From Asterionella formosa (lineage: Eukaryota): DNA of 64,000 bases. Positions 11,269 to 23,978 of this stretch are shown one piece after another (within the stretch, counting starts at the first letter, position 1; each line of letters starts with the position of its first letter). The notes under the pieces were generated by a model that saw nothing but the letters and a program-made list of their open reading frames with translations, was not told the DNA's origin and did not search any database. A program made the position numbers and the translations under genes. The DNA is taken from contig NKIB01004673.1 of NCBI GenBank assembly GCA_002256025.1, forward strand, positions 1-64,000, in the 5' to 3' direction.

Positions 11269-12506
11269 AGTCGAGCTCATGCTTGAGGATTTGCTTGACA
11301 TTATCTTTGAATGATTGTTGATTCTCGAAGTAAGTCAAAACCAAGCGAATCATTGGTTTTGTGTTCTTTTCATTTTTCTATTCAAACTCTTGCTGCCATA
11401 CTTTGGGCATAAAGTAAATGACAAATAACCTCAAATTGTCCTTGGCATGATTTCCTGATTTTGCGGATGAGGCATCATTAGTTTGAGGAGCTTATTTAAG
11501 GTCTTGAGATAGGCAGCAACTCATTTTTCTGAGTTGACACCAAAGCATACAATTGGTGTTAGTTGAGTTCTCTGATTATTGAGTTCTGATATAAATGATA
11601 TGACTCTAATGCATTGATTCTCGGGATCGCTCACCAGGTACCTGGTACCAGGTACCCCGGTGACAAAATATCGAATCGTGGATTCTATTTTATGTGATTT
11701 GATCAATTTGATTAATGACAATATGATTATATTTGAATGAACGATGGCTTGTAATAGTTCAATGGAATGAATCTTGGTTTTGACATGAGATGTCAATTCA
11801 TTTATTGTTAAGTGTGAACAACCAAGACATTGGAGTTATCATGGTGGTGAAACAGATCGTGTTAGGGAATGAACAGTTGTTATGATGGACAACAATCTGA
11901 GAAAGTTCATCTTTGGAGTTTTAGTTTTAGCTCATAACAAGTAAAGTGTGAAATCTGTTTTCAACTTTAGTTTGGAGTCTTAAAACATAAGACAAGTCAA
12001 GTTATCACCGAAGCTAGCAATATGAATAGTTGGACGAGTAAGCTCGCAGCTATTAACGTAAACTAGATACTTTAACACCCCAGTACCACCTGGTGTAGGT
12101 ATTCAGGAGCAGCTTGCATATGTGCACATGATCGACGACGGTAGACGGAGAGACCTGGTAATTTATCGGACCACACCAGGCGGTCGCAAAAGTTCGAAAG
12201 CTTTCCAGGAACATTGTGGAAAAGCACTGCCCGACAACGGCCATCAAACTGATCGAGAATGCAAAGTATATACCGGTAGGTATAAATGATGGAGAGCAAT
12301 ACTGGTACCGGTAGTATAATTTATGCATACGATTGCATGAAAAAAATTTGATTATCCTGTATTGTGCGCTTTTACTACAGTTCGATATAGCTATTATGAT
12401 AACAATATTAGTCTACCGGTTGTACCGATTGTTTGTATTGAATTTGATTTTCTCGTTCTCGCCGTCGTGCCGCTTATTATAATACCCTGGTACACCGTTT
12501 GTTGAT

Positions 12507-13965
12507 ATGCAGCTCACTGTCAAGACCCTCAAGGGAGGGAAGTTTCCTGTGGAAGCAGAGCCGTCGAATACGGTTGCGGAAGTCAAGAATATCATCGTAA
12601 GTGGGATTCCAGCAGTAGTTTAACACCTGTACAGGATTGCCGTTGTGAGGGTGTAGATTTATTTGCTCGCTTTCGACGGAACATGCGGCTTCCACTTTAA
12701 GCGGGGCCATTTGTAAGCGATTGCTATCAATCATGAATAAGATGCCGTTTTCTAACCACATTATGTGTCCAATCCGATGATTCAAGGAGTCTGCCAACTC
12801 TGAAATGCCTGCTGCCGCTATTAAGCTGATTCATTCTGGAAAGGTTCTAAAGGACGATCTCACGCTGGAGGCGGCAGGTGTGAAGCCAAATGATTTCCTT
12901 GTTGTCATGGTGACCAAACCGAAGAAGGCTGCAGCTGTAGAGACTCCCACAACCCCAACCGCTGCCCCAGCCACTCCAGCTAGTACGGAAACCCCCGCTA
13001 TCGCCGCAGCAACTGCAGCTGAAACGCCTGCTACATCCGGCGTTGCTTCGGAAGCTCCACCTGCTCCTGCTCGTCCACCGGCGGAGGAATTTCCTGCAGA
13101 AGTTGTGTCCAACTTAACGGGTATGGGCTTTCCGGAACCAGAGGTTCGCCATTGCCTGAGAGCGGCAAATGGAAATCCCGACATTGCGGTCGAATTCTTG
13201 ACTAACGGCATTCCAGAAGACGCGGAGCAAGTGGCGTCGCAACCTGCGGCTCTCAGTGGTGGTGGAGCTACTCCTCTACAGAATTTGAGAAATCATCCTC
13301 AGTTTGATGACCTTCGTCGTCTTGTCCAGTCAAATCCACAAATGCTTCAGCAAGTCTTGACCCAGATTGGACAGCAGCAACCTGAATTACTTCAGGAAAT
13401 CAATGGCAACCAGGCTGTGTTTTTGCAAATGATGAATGAACCAGTCTCAGATGCAGCACCCCGTGCTGCCGCAAGTTCGTCCCCTGCGGCCCCTGCGCCT
13501 CCTGCTGGAGGTTTGTCACCGGAAATGATGGCAGGAATGGCAGACCCTGCTCAGATGGTTCAAATGATGCAAAATATGAATCCACAACAGCTGCAAATGA
13601 TGGCCAACATGATGGGCTTATCTCCAGAGCAACTCCAGGCAGTTGGGCGCATGATTGGACAGATGCCCCCAGAACAACTTCAGGGATACATGCAACAAGC
13701 CATGCAACAAGGTGGTGATATGGATGATGGCGAAGGTTTCCCAGGTGGAGCACAAGTGTTGCGTCTTAGTGAAGAAGAAATGGCAGCTGTTGATCGCTTG
13801 ACAGAAATGGGATTTGACCGGGCAGATGCAGCACAGGCATTTTTGGCTTGTGACAAGAATGAGGCTTTGGCAGCTAATTTGTTAATGGATGGAGGGTTTG
13901 GATTTGGAAATGATGACTCTGGTGGAAACGAAGGCGGAGATGACATGGATGACATGTATGACTGA
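12507..13965 (+). CDS. RAD23: UV excision repair protein RAD23 (UBL-UBA-XPC binding-UBA), 2 exons
   Basis: Exon 1 12507-12596 (MQLTVKTLKGGKF...), intron 12597-12786 (gtaagt...aag), exon 2 in frame. Motifs: KLIHSGKVLKDD, MGFPE...NPDIAVEFLTNGIP, LRNHPQF, MGFDR...ACDKNEALAANLLM. Confidence 0.96.
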
Positions 13966-14013
13966 TCAAGATAGTTGGGAATCAATGAAAAAGGATGATA
14001 TGTATAATGAATA

Positions 14014-15447
14014 CTATTTCTTATTCTTGCCTTTTGGCTTTTGTTCGTACATGGTTGAGTCGTACAAGAAGAGATGTTTCCGATCTCTATATTCAATGCG
14101 AGAAACTGGATGAAAGGGCAAAACGCCCTTTTTTCCTGCAAGCATACCACAGAAATCTGCAGCAAATGTCTGACAATTTTTACTCATGTCGGAATAACCG
14201 CAATCTCGACCAATATAGTTCAGGAGATAGGATGCAATGTTGCATTTGCTTCGAAATGTTAGCCTTACCTTGTGAGAGAAGTGAAAGTGTGGGTCAATGA
14301 ATCGTTTCTTGGCACCTTCATATTGATAGACAAATGCTTTGAACTCTTCAAAATTTTTGGCTTCGACATCAAAACATCGTATCTCGGCTGACGTCTTAGA
14401 CCAAGGACCAATCATTTCAGAGGGAAATGCTTGATAGAGACTCGAGATGGGTTCATCCCTGTCATGGTACCAGTTGGATCTTCCGCGATAACCGCCAATA
14501 CCATTCAAGTATGCTCCTTCCACAACTGTACAGTATTGGCCATGGTCCCATTCCAAAAGAACGATCGAATGATATGTCAGCTTGTCTCTCGGCGATTCTC
14601 GTTCGATGGCATATCGATGAGATATCATGTGCACCATAGTACATTTATCATCATGACTCAATACTTGCTTCAACTTAGTCCCATAAGTGAGTCGATGCCC
14701 GTGTTGTGGCTCAAACCAAAAGGCAAATCCAGGACTCTCAGGGGACCATCCAATGGCAGACCAAGGTGCCCCTCTGAATATGGCTCGGTACACACAAGTT
14801 CCGTCAACATTAGGGGCCACGCCATCTTTTCCCTCCTTTTCCAAGCTCCAGTGGTGAATCCAAGTCCATTGGCCTGTCAATACTGCTTTGGGAGATGCCA
14901 TAGTTCCCACTGCTCGCTTCTGCTGGAGCGAGATCAGCTCTAGCGTGGTCAAACCGGGCCACCCATTCAAGACGCCATGAAATATCCATCGCGGTCCATG
15001 GACCTTGGTAAAGGATGTGAACAAATCTGTCATTGTCAGTGGCAGCGATGGCCGTCGTGGTTTGATGGTTTGTCGCTGGAGGTCAAAATCCTTTGGATTG
15101 AGCCCGCTGTGCAATTTTCCGTCAAGAAGAAAATGATCAGGAACGACAGTGGCATACCAGATCAGGCCTGTATCTCCAAGGGGTATTTTTTCTTCAGCGA
15201 CATTGAGAGGGAGAGGATTTCCATAATTCGTCTCTCCTGACAAAGTTCGCTTCATTGCATCGGTGAGTCGAGTTTGAATCTCCGCGGTCGATTCGTCGGA
15301 TCCCTCTTCTTCCAGTCCCTGAAGGAGAAGGCGTTCTCCGTCATCCAATGGGGGAGTTGAGTCTCCATAGTTAGAGCAGGCTGAAATAGAATGAGACGAA
15401 TCGGCATCCAACGGAACCGATACTCTTCCGTCGTTCATTCGCATCAT
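14014..15447 (-). CDS. Hypothetical protein with a C-terminal putative permuted papain-like (PPPDE/LRAT-type) His...Cys domain
   Basis: Long ORF with the first ATG at 15447. YHSIVLLEW comes before YSDMSKNCQTFAADF, the His-then-NC order of permuted NlpC/P60 folds. Confidence 0.55.
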   Translation of the reverse strand: MMRMNDGRVSVPLDADSSHSISACSNYGDSTPPLDDGERLLLQGLEEEGSDESTAEIQTRLTDAMKRTLSGETNYGNPLPLNVAEEKIPLGDTGLIWYATVVPDHFLLDGKLHSGLNPKDFDLQRQTIKPRRPSLPLTMTDLFTSFTKVHGPRWIFHGVLNGWPGLTTLELISLQQKRAVGTMASPKAVLTGQWTWIHHWSLEKEGKDGVAPNVDGTCVYRAIFRGAPWSAIGWSPESPGFAFWFEPQHGHRLTYGTKLKQVLSHDDKCTMVHMISHRYAIERESPRDKLTYHSIVLLEWDHGQYCTVVEGAYLNGIGGYRGRSNWYHDRDEPISSLYQAFPSEMIGPWSKTSAEIRCFDVEAKNFEEFKAFVYQYEGAKKRFIDPHFHFSHKVRLTFRSKCNIASYLLNYIGRDCGYSDMSKNCQTFAADFCGMLAGKKGVLPFHPVSRIEYRDRKHLFLYDSTMYEQKPKGKNKK

Positions 15448-15940
15448 GGTGAAGCATTTTATCCATAGTACCAACCAGTACTGACTGCAAGGCCAACAAG
15501 CAATGACGGAAGTTTGACACCAGAACAGACACTGTGACACTGACACCACCTCCTGATAATAAATTGTGACCGCTTATGGTGGCTACGCCCACATTTTATT
15601 TACACGATATTCAATTACAAAACAGATATTAAATTATTACATAAGATATGAAATAGGGATACCTGAATATTCTTTTGTTAAATACACTGCTGTGGTAGCG
15701 TAGCGGCAGTGGTACACTAGCTGGTACCTGGTACCGGAATGCATGCATACCGGTAATTTGAGGGCTGTGCATTATCACTCCAAATATGGTACCTGGTACT
15801 GGTATGTAGACTATGTACCGGTACCAATGTTAGTTGTACCACCTGCGCAGGTATCAAACATCAGGTTTCAGGTACTGTACCAGTCTCAATCCGAAAGCAA
15901 CAATGAAAATAACCCTTGCTTGTGGTTTCAGAAAAACGGC

Positions 15941-16900
15941 ATGTGGATTGGTCCTTCGATGATTGCATCATTGAAATGGTGTTCCTCCTCTCTTTTGTTA
16001 ACGAGTGCATGTATCCATGTGTCTGCCTATACCTCCCCTGCAAGAGTCAAAAGAACCGTTCAAAGGCAGATTCAAGCGCCGACGTTGTTCCTCCAGCGCC
16101 TTGACGACGATAGGGTCGAACGAACCGTGGTCCTGCTTTACAACAAACCTCCCAACACCGTCACGTCACATACCAATAAGGATCAGTCCCCTGAAGGGAC
16201 CGTATTGCCGAGAAGGACTGTTTACGAAGATATTGCAACTCTCAAGGGATACGTTGGGCCTGCAGATACAACATCCACAATTCAGACTTTCCAGCAACTC
16301 ACCAACATTACTTCCAAACTCCATGCCGTTGGTAGACTAGATGCCGACACTTCGGGATTGTTATTACTTACCAACGATGGGGGATTGATTCATCACGTGT
16401 GCAACCCAACGGCGAAGAGTCACGACGACACGTTCCTTACCAAGACCTACCAGGCAACAATTATGGGATACCACGACGACGACTCGCCTGGATTCAATTC
16501 CATAAGAACCCTTGGTGTAGACATTGGTGCAAAGTATGGAGGAATGACGAAACCAGCTATTAGCTTGATTGTTTTGGGACATCCTACAAGTAAGTCAACC
16601 GAGTGTCACATTACCATTGCCGAAGGCAAGAATCGACAAGTGCGACGCATGTTTCACGCGATAGGTTCGGGTGTCATCAAGCTGCGGCGAATATCGATCG
16701 GGGATACTTTGACGCTGGGAGACTTGACAGAAGGACAGTGGCGGCTGTTGAATCACGAAGAAGTCAAGAATGGACTAGGATGGGAACCTCGTGTGTTGCC
16801 ACTGATAGGCGGGCACCCCACCGACACCGCTGTAATAATAGTTCCTCGAAATGGAGCGAATCTCAAATTGGGGAAAGCCAGACGAAGTCGACGCAAATAA
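15941..16900 (+). CDS. RsuA/RluB/E/F-family pseudouridine synthase, probably organelle-targeted
   Basis: LLYNKP, HAVGRLDADTSGLLLLTNDG (catalytic Asp), KTY, TIAEGKNRQVRRMF, LRRISIG. A signal-like N-terminus ends in VSA-Y. Start is 15941 or 15959. Confidence 0.92.
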   Translation: MWIGPSMIASLKWCSSSLLLTSACIHVSAYTSPARVKRTVQRQIQAPTLFLQRLDDDRVERTVVLLYNKPPNTVTSHTNKDQSPEGTVLPRRTVYEDIATLKGYVGPADTTSTIQTFQQLTNITSKLHAVGRLDADTSGLLLLTNDGGLIHHVCNPTAKSHDDTFLTKTYQATIMGYHDDDSPGFNSIRTLGVDIGAKYGGMTKPAISLIVLGHPTSKSTECHITIAEGKNRQVRRMFHAIGSGVIKLRRISIGDTLTLGDLTEGQWRLLNHEEVKNGLGWEPRVLPLIGGHPTDTAVIIVPRNGANLKLGKARRSRRK

Positions 16901-16904
16901 ATAG

Positions 16905-16999
16905 TATCATCAAATCATCATTTATCGTGAAATGCTTAGCGTACTAAACTATCATCAAATCATCATTTATCATGAAATGCTTAGCGTACTATACTATCA
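16905..16999. repeat. 45-bp tandem duplication between two convergent stop codons
   Basis: tatcatcaaatcatcatttatc(g/a)tgaaatgcttagcgtacta(a/t)ac at 16905-16949 and 16950-16994. Confidence 0.95.
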
Positions 17000-17013
17000 C
17001 ATCCAAAATATGG

Positions 17014-18786
17014 TCAATCATAGATATCCATATCGAAAGGATCATACATTTGTGCCCTGACAGCCGTCATCATGTCCCTTGGTTTTGGCTTCGTCGCCAT
17101 GCCCGTCTCATACGCATGCGATGCAATTACTTTAGCAATGGTGGCATTCACTATTCGAATCTCAGTTAGTGGGGGATACAAGCACCCCTTGTTCCATTGC
17201 TCTGGCTTGACAAAGGTTGCCAATGTTTCAGCTGCCAGCAACATGTCGTGGTCTGTAATCTTATTCATTCCAGCTGTAAGCGCCGCAAGACCGACACCCG
17301 GAAAGATAAACGCCGTGTTTACTTGACCAGCCATAAATGTGCGGCCGTTCAACGTCACGTCAGGAAATGGACTCCCCGAACAAAATATGCACGCTCCATT
17401 TGTCCAGGTGTAGGCTTCTTCGGCGGTGCATTCTGCTTTGGATGTGGGGTTGCTGAGCGCAAAAATCACAGGTCGTTCGTTCCAAAGAGCCATTTTCTCG
17501 CACACTTCTTGGTTGAACGTCTTTGGTTTTGCTGATACCCCAATAAGAGCTGTTGGTTTGAGATATTCCAACGCCGATAAGAGGTCAGGGCATTCATGCT
17601 CAACGTCATGCGCATAATTTATTTTGTGGTCTTGCAATTCCTTTCGTGAACTAGTGACGAGACCCATGGAATCTATCAAGAAAATCTTTTGCTGCGCTTC
17701 GTCGACGGGAATTTGACTTTCGAACGAAACGGCAAAGGCAATCAAGTCAGCAATGCCTGTTCCCGCTTCGCCGGCCCCACTAAACAGAAATGTATGGTCA
17801 GCCAGTTTTTTGCCCGTCAACCTGCTGGATGAAATCAAAGCAGCAACCACCACAGCAGCAGTCCCTTGGATGTCGTCATTAAACGTACATGCCATGTTTT
17901 GGAATTGACGTAACAGCCGAAAGGCGTTGATATTTCCAAAATCTTCAAATTGAATCAATACATTTCTTCCGAATTTGTGCTGTGCCGCATTGAAAAACTC
18001 TTTCACCAAGGCATCATACGCTGGTCCACGCTCTCGTGCTTGCTTCAATCCCAAATAGTAAGGGTCCTTCCAATTTTCTTGATTGTCCGTTCCGACATCC
18101 AGCTGCACCGGCATGACTTGGTCAGGTGCAATGCCTGCGCACGCTGTATACAGTGCTAATTTTCCAATTGGAATGCCCATACCATTGGCGCCCAAATCAC
18201 CCAATCCTAGAATGCGTTCACCGTCCGTGAGAACGATAGTGGTGACATTATTCGACGGCCAATTATCAAGCATTTCCCGGATCATGCCGGCATCGTTCAG
18301 TGAAATGTACATGCCCCGAAGCGTTCCTCGGTAGATGGAACTAAACGATTCGCAAGCGGCTCCAACAGTCGGTGTGTCTGTGCGTTGTTTGTGTGAGTGC
18401 GACGAAGCCATAAAGTGGATGAAATAAAGAAATCTGAGTTCCTGGTACCGGAATATCCCGTTGGTAGAAAGGACGGAGAGGAACAGAATCAAGGCGTTAA
18501 AAAGTCACTTACAAATAATCGGCATGAGCTCGGCCGTGTACTTGACCAACATTCCAAAATACAGGCGCTCACTGACATCTTGAATGCTATGTAAGTAAAT
18601 GTACTGCTCAACGGGGTCTTGCTTGGATCGCAGCTGTGCCATGCAACGTTCCACATTCAAGTCCAGGGGGATGTAAGCGGCCGGCACCAGACCACGAATT
18701 CCTAGGTCTCGTCGCCGTTCAATGGGAGTGGAGACACCATCGTACTGAAGAGGGTCGCGTGCGAGGGCTGCTCCAGACGACACCAT
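17014..18786 (-). CDS. ME: NAD(P)-dependent malic enzyme, 2 exons
   Basis: Exon 1 18786-18513 and intron 18512-18378 (gtaagt...cag) rebuild MPIIY-TPTVG. Motifs: VLTDGERILGLGDLG, GIPIGKLALY, IQFEDF, FNDDIQGT, GAGEAG, FALSNPTSKAECT. Confidence 0.96.
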
Positions 18787-18973
18787 GGTGGATTGATTGT
18801 ATATAAAGGTAATCAAGGAGGGATCAACGCTGGACAAGAAAATTTATGTATTGATTGCCTTGCGGTTTGCTTTTGCATCTTTAGCTCGTAGTGACGTATT
18901 CGTTCTGTTTGATGTTCACGACCAAACCGTGATCTTGTGTATGTATACATATACCGGTACGTGCATATAGTGT

Positions 18974-20818
18974 CGCAATCCCCCCCCTAGCTATCGTCTT
19001 GCTTTTCGATGAGAACTGTGGGTGTCTAAGTAATTTTTGGAATATTTTAGTAATTTATATTTAGGGGCAATATATGGGACAGCGGATTTTTCGGTAGTCC
19101 AATTTTAGGTTTGAGCAGGGACCATCGGGCAACATCATGAAAAGAATTGCTTTTATACCAGTTGACAAATCAAGCAATGGATGCCACATCAAAAATGCAT
19201 GGAGCACCAAATACCAGTATATGTTGGTCACACAAGATTGATTGTAACAAGCGACATGATGTTGTTAAGCAACCAAAGAATGAAACAAAAATTGAAAGAT
19301 AAGGAATGACAAAGACATGCAGGGAGCGAGTAGAATAAAAAGTGAAAAAGAAGCAAAATGGGTAAGCGGAAAATGGTGTGAAAAGTTGACAACGTATTTT
19401 CAATAACAATTGTCAACTCACACTTTTTTGTTGCTGTTGCAACGAAATTCCAGAAATTTTCAGTGAGATTGGGCCTGGAGTACTAGTAGCAGAAACCAAT
19501 GCATGAAATGATTTGGAGGGATTGGTTTCTGGATTGATTTTGACTTGTGGTGATGAAGGTGTAGGAGGAACAACATCTTAATAGGCCGTGTAGTACTAGG
19601 TTTGGTTGTCTCCATGTAGACTGCTGGTAGTATCTGGTTAGAGGAGGAGGAGAAGCAGGATGCATCGGAAAATATACTGTCTGATTTGTGCGGGGTTGGC
19701 TTGGTTACTTTAGGAGGACAGGTTTGAGTAGCTAGGATGATAGGGAGCAATTGAGTGATATGTTGTTGGTGCTGGCGGACATGTGTCTTGCTAGGATTGT
19801 ATAAACAAGAGAGGAATGATTGAAGTGTGCACATAGTATTATACCTCAAAAGAACAACAATTAACTGGCAACATATCTCACCTCATTTGGCAAGCTGGTT
19901 CTACCAGTGGATAGTGATTTGTTGGCATTGTCAGGAAGAGGAGAAGTAGCATGACTGACAGAGTGCTTTCATCGACATTCTAAAGAGAAAGAAATATATT
20001 TTATAAATAGTATTTCCTACCATGGCGGGAACAAGTCAAATATGACAACAACAATCAACAAGCACACACTTGTCCTGCCTCTCTTTGTTATTAAATACAA
20101 GTTAATGCAGAACAAAGGTTCCATCATGTTCTGGTTGCTTTGCTACATTCAAGATAGCTCATTGAGATTGACGACTTTTCTTTGTCATTGTACTAGATGA
20201 TTATATAGAAGTAACAAAAGTAATATTGTAATTAGAAAACAATAAAACACTACTTTCATAGAGCAGCAAAAAACCAACATGACATGAGCACTAAAACTTG
20301 CTGCCAAGATCTGATTTGAGAACACAGTATAATACACGTAGAAAGCAACGGCTGATATGACGAGATGGAAGCCTAACTTTGACCAACCATAGCATTTAGA
20401 GTTTTGATACCCAATGACTGATTAAGAAGGTCGCTTTTGAAAAATCATAGATTGATTAATCACAACATATCAAAATCTCGAGAATCAGTTGACCGGAAAG
20501 GCTTTCGGAATTCATCAGAAGGGAACCAAAAATTTTGCGCCCCTGTTGCGAAGCAAGTACCATGTGACAACATGAATCCCATAAACAAGAAGACGAATTA
20601 TCAAACAACCAGCAACATGTGTTTTCTGTGAAGGCCAATTGCAGGATTAAGTAATCCAAAAACTGAACATATGAAAAATACAAAATATGTTTTACATGAA
20701 GGGCGATAGGCTAGTTTGCATACAACAGTGAATGGTAAATTGGTTTTTTTATGTTAACTGGAAGGGCAATGTAGTGGCCAAAAGTGCGCCGATACCAGTA
20801 GCCAGGTTGTGAATTGCC
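18974..20818. mobile_element. Older, diverged non-autonomous TIR element of about 1.85 kb, same family as 41981-43934
   Basis: Left end cgcaatcccccccctagctatcgtcttgc with subterminal ctaagtaattt...ggggcaata. Right subterminal tacaaaatat...tgaagggcgata and terminus tagccaggttgtgaattgcc. Both ends resemble those of 41981-43934. No TSD and no intact ORF. Confidence 0.6.
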
Positions 20819-21075
20819 TAGGAGTAAAGACCTTACTCGGGAGGAGTCTGCCTAACCGTACAATTAATGCAAAATACCCGTACTCTTTCTGTAAAATAAA
20901 ATATTTTACATAGTCTAATATATATCGTAGCTTTGCTTGCAATTCACATATCTATGTATGCGTGTTGATCGATACCAAACCGGTAGGATGATTGCCACGA
21001 GCCACAATCTGAAAAACATCATTGCGTCCATCATTCTAGTCACCTCTGTGCCTCTTCTGTGCCGCCACTGCAAGC

Positions 21076-23403
21076 ATGGAAAACGTCAGGACAGTCCCCA
21101 CGGCATGGGACCCGAAGTCGCCATCGACTCTTTTGATAGGAAACTTGAACAAGGCCGGCTTTGGCTTTGATACCGTTTCGTCTGACGACGGCGTCGGAGC
21201 CAATCCGCACGAAGTCTCTTGTCTCATGAAGTTGGTAGATTGTCAGTCAGACTTCGCAGCGACGACTCCACCCAAGAAAGGAGCGCTGCTAAGACTTTCA
21301 CAAGAATACCGACGAGCGCTCCGTGATTGTTTGTCGGGCTGGACGAATGCTTCCACCGACCAAGACAAAGTAGCCATTGAACTGCTCAAACTCACATATG
21401 CAGTAACGCACCTGAGTGAAATATTCCTCTTGCTGCAAAACCAGCATCTTCCAGGCGGATTGACTGCGCACATGGTGCGATACCTACGTCTCCACCACAT
21501 GGACGACGTGGTAGCATCTGCTCCTGTGGAGACCTTGTTGCAATCGTCCCGTCCCGATCAAGTGGAGGGCGGGACACTCTACTGGAGTACGCTGCAGTCC
21601 CTAGTGTTGCGGGGGGACTTGGAAGACGCGTGGGCAATGCTTTCGCGACACTCGGCGTGTCAGAGGTGTGTGATGGCCAGTGCGCACGAAGTGTTGGATG
21701 ACTACCATGCCAGTATTCGACAACAAGACCGAGATGGATTTATAATGTTGCAAGCGATTCTGCTATCAGCACCATTGCCAGGTGGACGCAACGATCTTGG
21801 CGATGATGGACTGGAGAATTATGATGATCAACAAGATAAGACGCTCCTCTTGGACGGCGTTCAACGAACTGACTATCAGTTATGGGATGCATCGTCAATG
21901 TTGGGATATAATCCACAAGCAGCCATTTCTGTATACAAACGATGGAAAAAGGCTGTGCTTGATTTGGGAACACTCTCAGGTCTTGTCAGGAGAATTCCGC
22001 AACTCTCGTCGGTTCTCAATATCATCAAGGGAGATTTTTCTGGGGTCGTCTTTCAGTCGTGGGCTGAGCGTTTGTGTGCTGAACTGCTTTACATTCGACC
22101 TGACTTACGTGGAGACGACTTGCACATCCGGGCCAAGCGATGCATGAGCGGAGAGCCTTTGCAAGAGGCGATAATTAGCGTCATGGAAGGAAATGCGGGA
22201 CGTGTGGTGGAAACCCTGTACCGATTGGGTGGAAGAAGTGGCGCAGCTCTTCCGGCGACAATGGTACGTATCTAAAGCGTTCGGGTGTGGATAAAGGGGT
22301 TTCCCTTCATCACTACTAACCAATTATTCGTACAGACTGCTCTACTTTGCAAACTGCTGGCAACAGCCGATCCTGTGTCATTCGAATCAACAGAAATCGA
22401 ACTAGAAACAGACCTCCTCCTTTTTGCAGCTGACGCCATTGTTTCGTCACAATCCCAGGCTAGAGCTGACGTTGGTACCAGATTGGCGATTGCCTTGTTG
22501 CTTCCCCATGCGTCTCCCAAGGGCAACCTTCGCGTTACAGCAGCATTGGCTGAAATATTATCCCATCACAAGCCGGAGACCGACGCTGACGCAACTCTCT
22601 TGTTGGACCTTGTGCGACCTTTGGTCGCGAAAAAGAGCATCCAGGTGTTGGATGGGTGTACCAATGTAGTCTTGTCTCGATACCAGCATTATCACAAAAT
22701 GACTGGAGGTGCGGCTTATTGGTTGTTGCGAGGAATGGAGTTGGAGCGGGAAGCTTATGGAGTTGCTCTGGGGTCCTGCACACGACTTTTATTGACCACT
22801 TGCATTACAACGTCGGATTCACTCTTGTCAGGTTTGGTGGGTGCGCACGAAAACGTGGGAACTACTTTTAACAATGCCAAGGACATGTCCATGTCCATAC
22901 AAGAGGACGCTCTTGACGTTTCTGATATTCGAGAAGTCGCCGTTCTTTTTCACGTGGTGGAACTGTCCAAGGCCATCGCGGAACAACAAGATGACGCTTT
23001 TGCAGCGACTCACATTTCCGCATGCTTAGCAGATGGGAGTAGAAGCGATGGGTCGGTCCATGTGCTGGCCCACCCATCGATGCATTGGAATCTCCTTCAA
23101 CTCGCTTCTGTTATTTTAAAGAAAGACGAAGAAAAGGCACCATTTGATGTACTAGGCATGGAACGGCTTCTACAATGCCTTACTGAAGTTACCATGACAA
23201 ATGCGGAGGAACATATATTAGACTTGCCTACGATGAGGCTTGTATTTGCTAATGGATTGATGCGGGCCCTTGTAATGGAAAACGCTAAGCGCAAGACTTC
23301 ACTCCCAGCAGCATCATTGGGACTTGGAACTCTTTCGTCCAATCTCATGTCGTGCAGTCCAGCAGAGCAAGAACAAATTGTTGAAAATATGTTGGACATG
23401 TAA
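21076..23403 (+). CDS. NUP85: Nuclear pore complex protein Nup85-like, 2 exons
   Basis: Intron 22264-22335 (gtacgt...tacag) joins the two long ORFs in frame. YWSTLQSLVLRGDLEDAWAMLSRH, W...L..LSSVLNIIKGD and SWAERLCAELLYIRP resemble Nup85. The 5' end is less certain. Confidence 0.75.
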
Positions 23404-23978
23404 GAGTGGTTTCACAGCATTTTCGGGAGTGTGATTGATTGCTCTAGAATTTTGAGTATTCATACCAAGAAATCTATAATAATCAAAGTGGTACCAGTAG
23501 TGCCATGAGGTCTACATTCTTTGAAATAGAATGAATGATTTTCATACAGTCTGGCAGATGCACACTAACAGGATTACCTGGATCTCTGTACCTGGTAACC
23601 CCTCTGCCTAATCTCAGTTGCATTGATTTTCTATGTATATAGCTAGCTATACATACTGGAATTAGCATTTTGGCAAATCGTTAACAAAAATATTTTACCG
23701 GTATATCATAGTGCCGGTATTCACAAGATTACCCGTAATATCATGTGAATATAGAGGAGGACCACAAAATAGTTCTGTGATAGTAATAGGGTCACAAAAA
23801 TACCGGTATACTAATACGCTTACTGCACATCGGAAGACGGATTTAAATATTGATGTACAGCAAACATGTATTTATATAAAGCCTTTTGTTACCATACATA
23901 AATATAATAATCGTCCCTCACAGCTGAGATATTGAAGCCATCATCACGGAAGATTTTGTGTTTCAGAGTTTACGAGAG

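Noticed and set aside
15743..15940. N-terminal extension of the pseudouridine synthase ORF
   Set aside because: It translates the GGTACC-rich upstream region (YGTWYWY...VPVP) and is probably non-coding.
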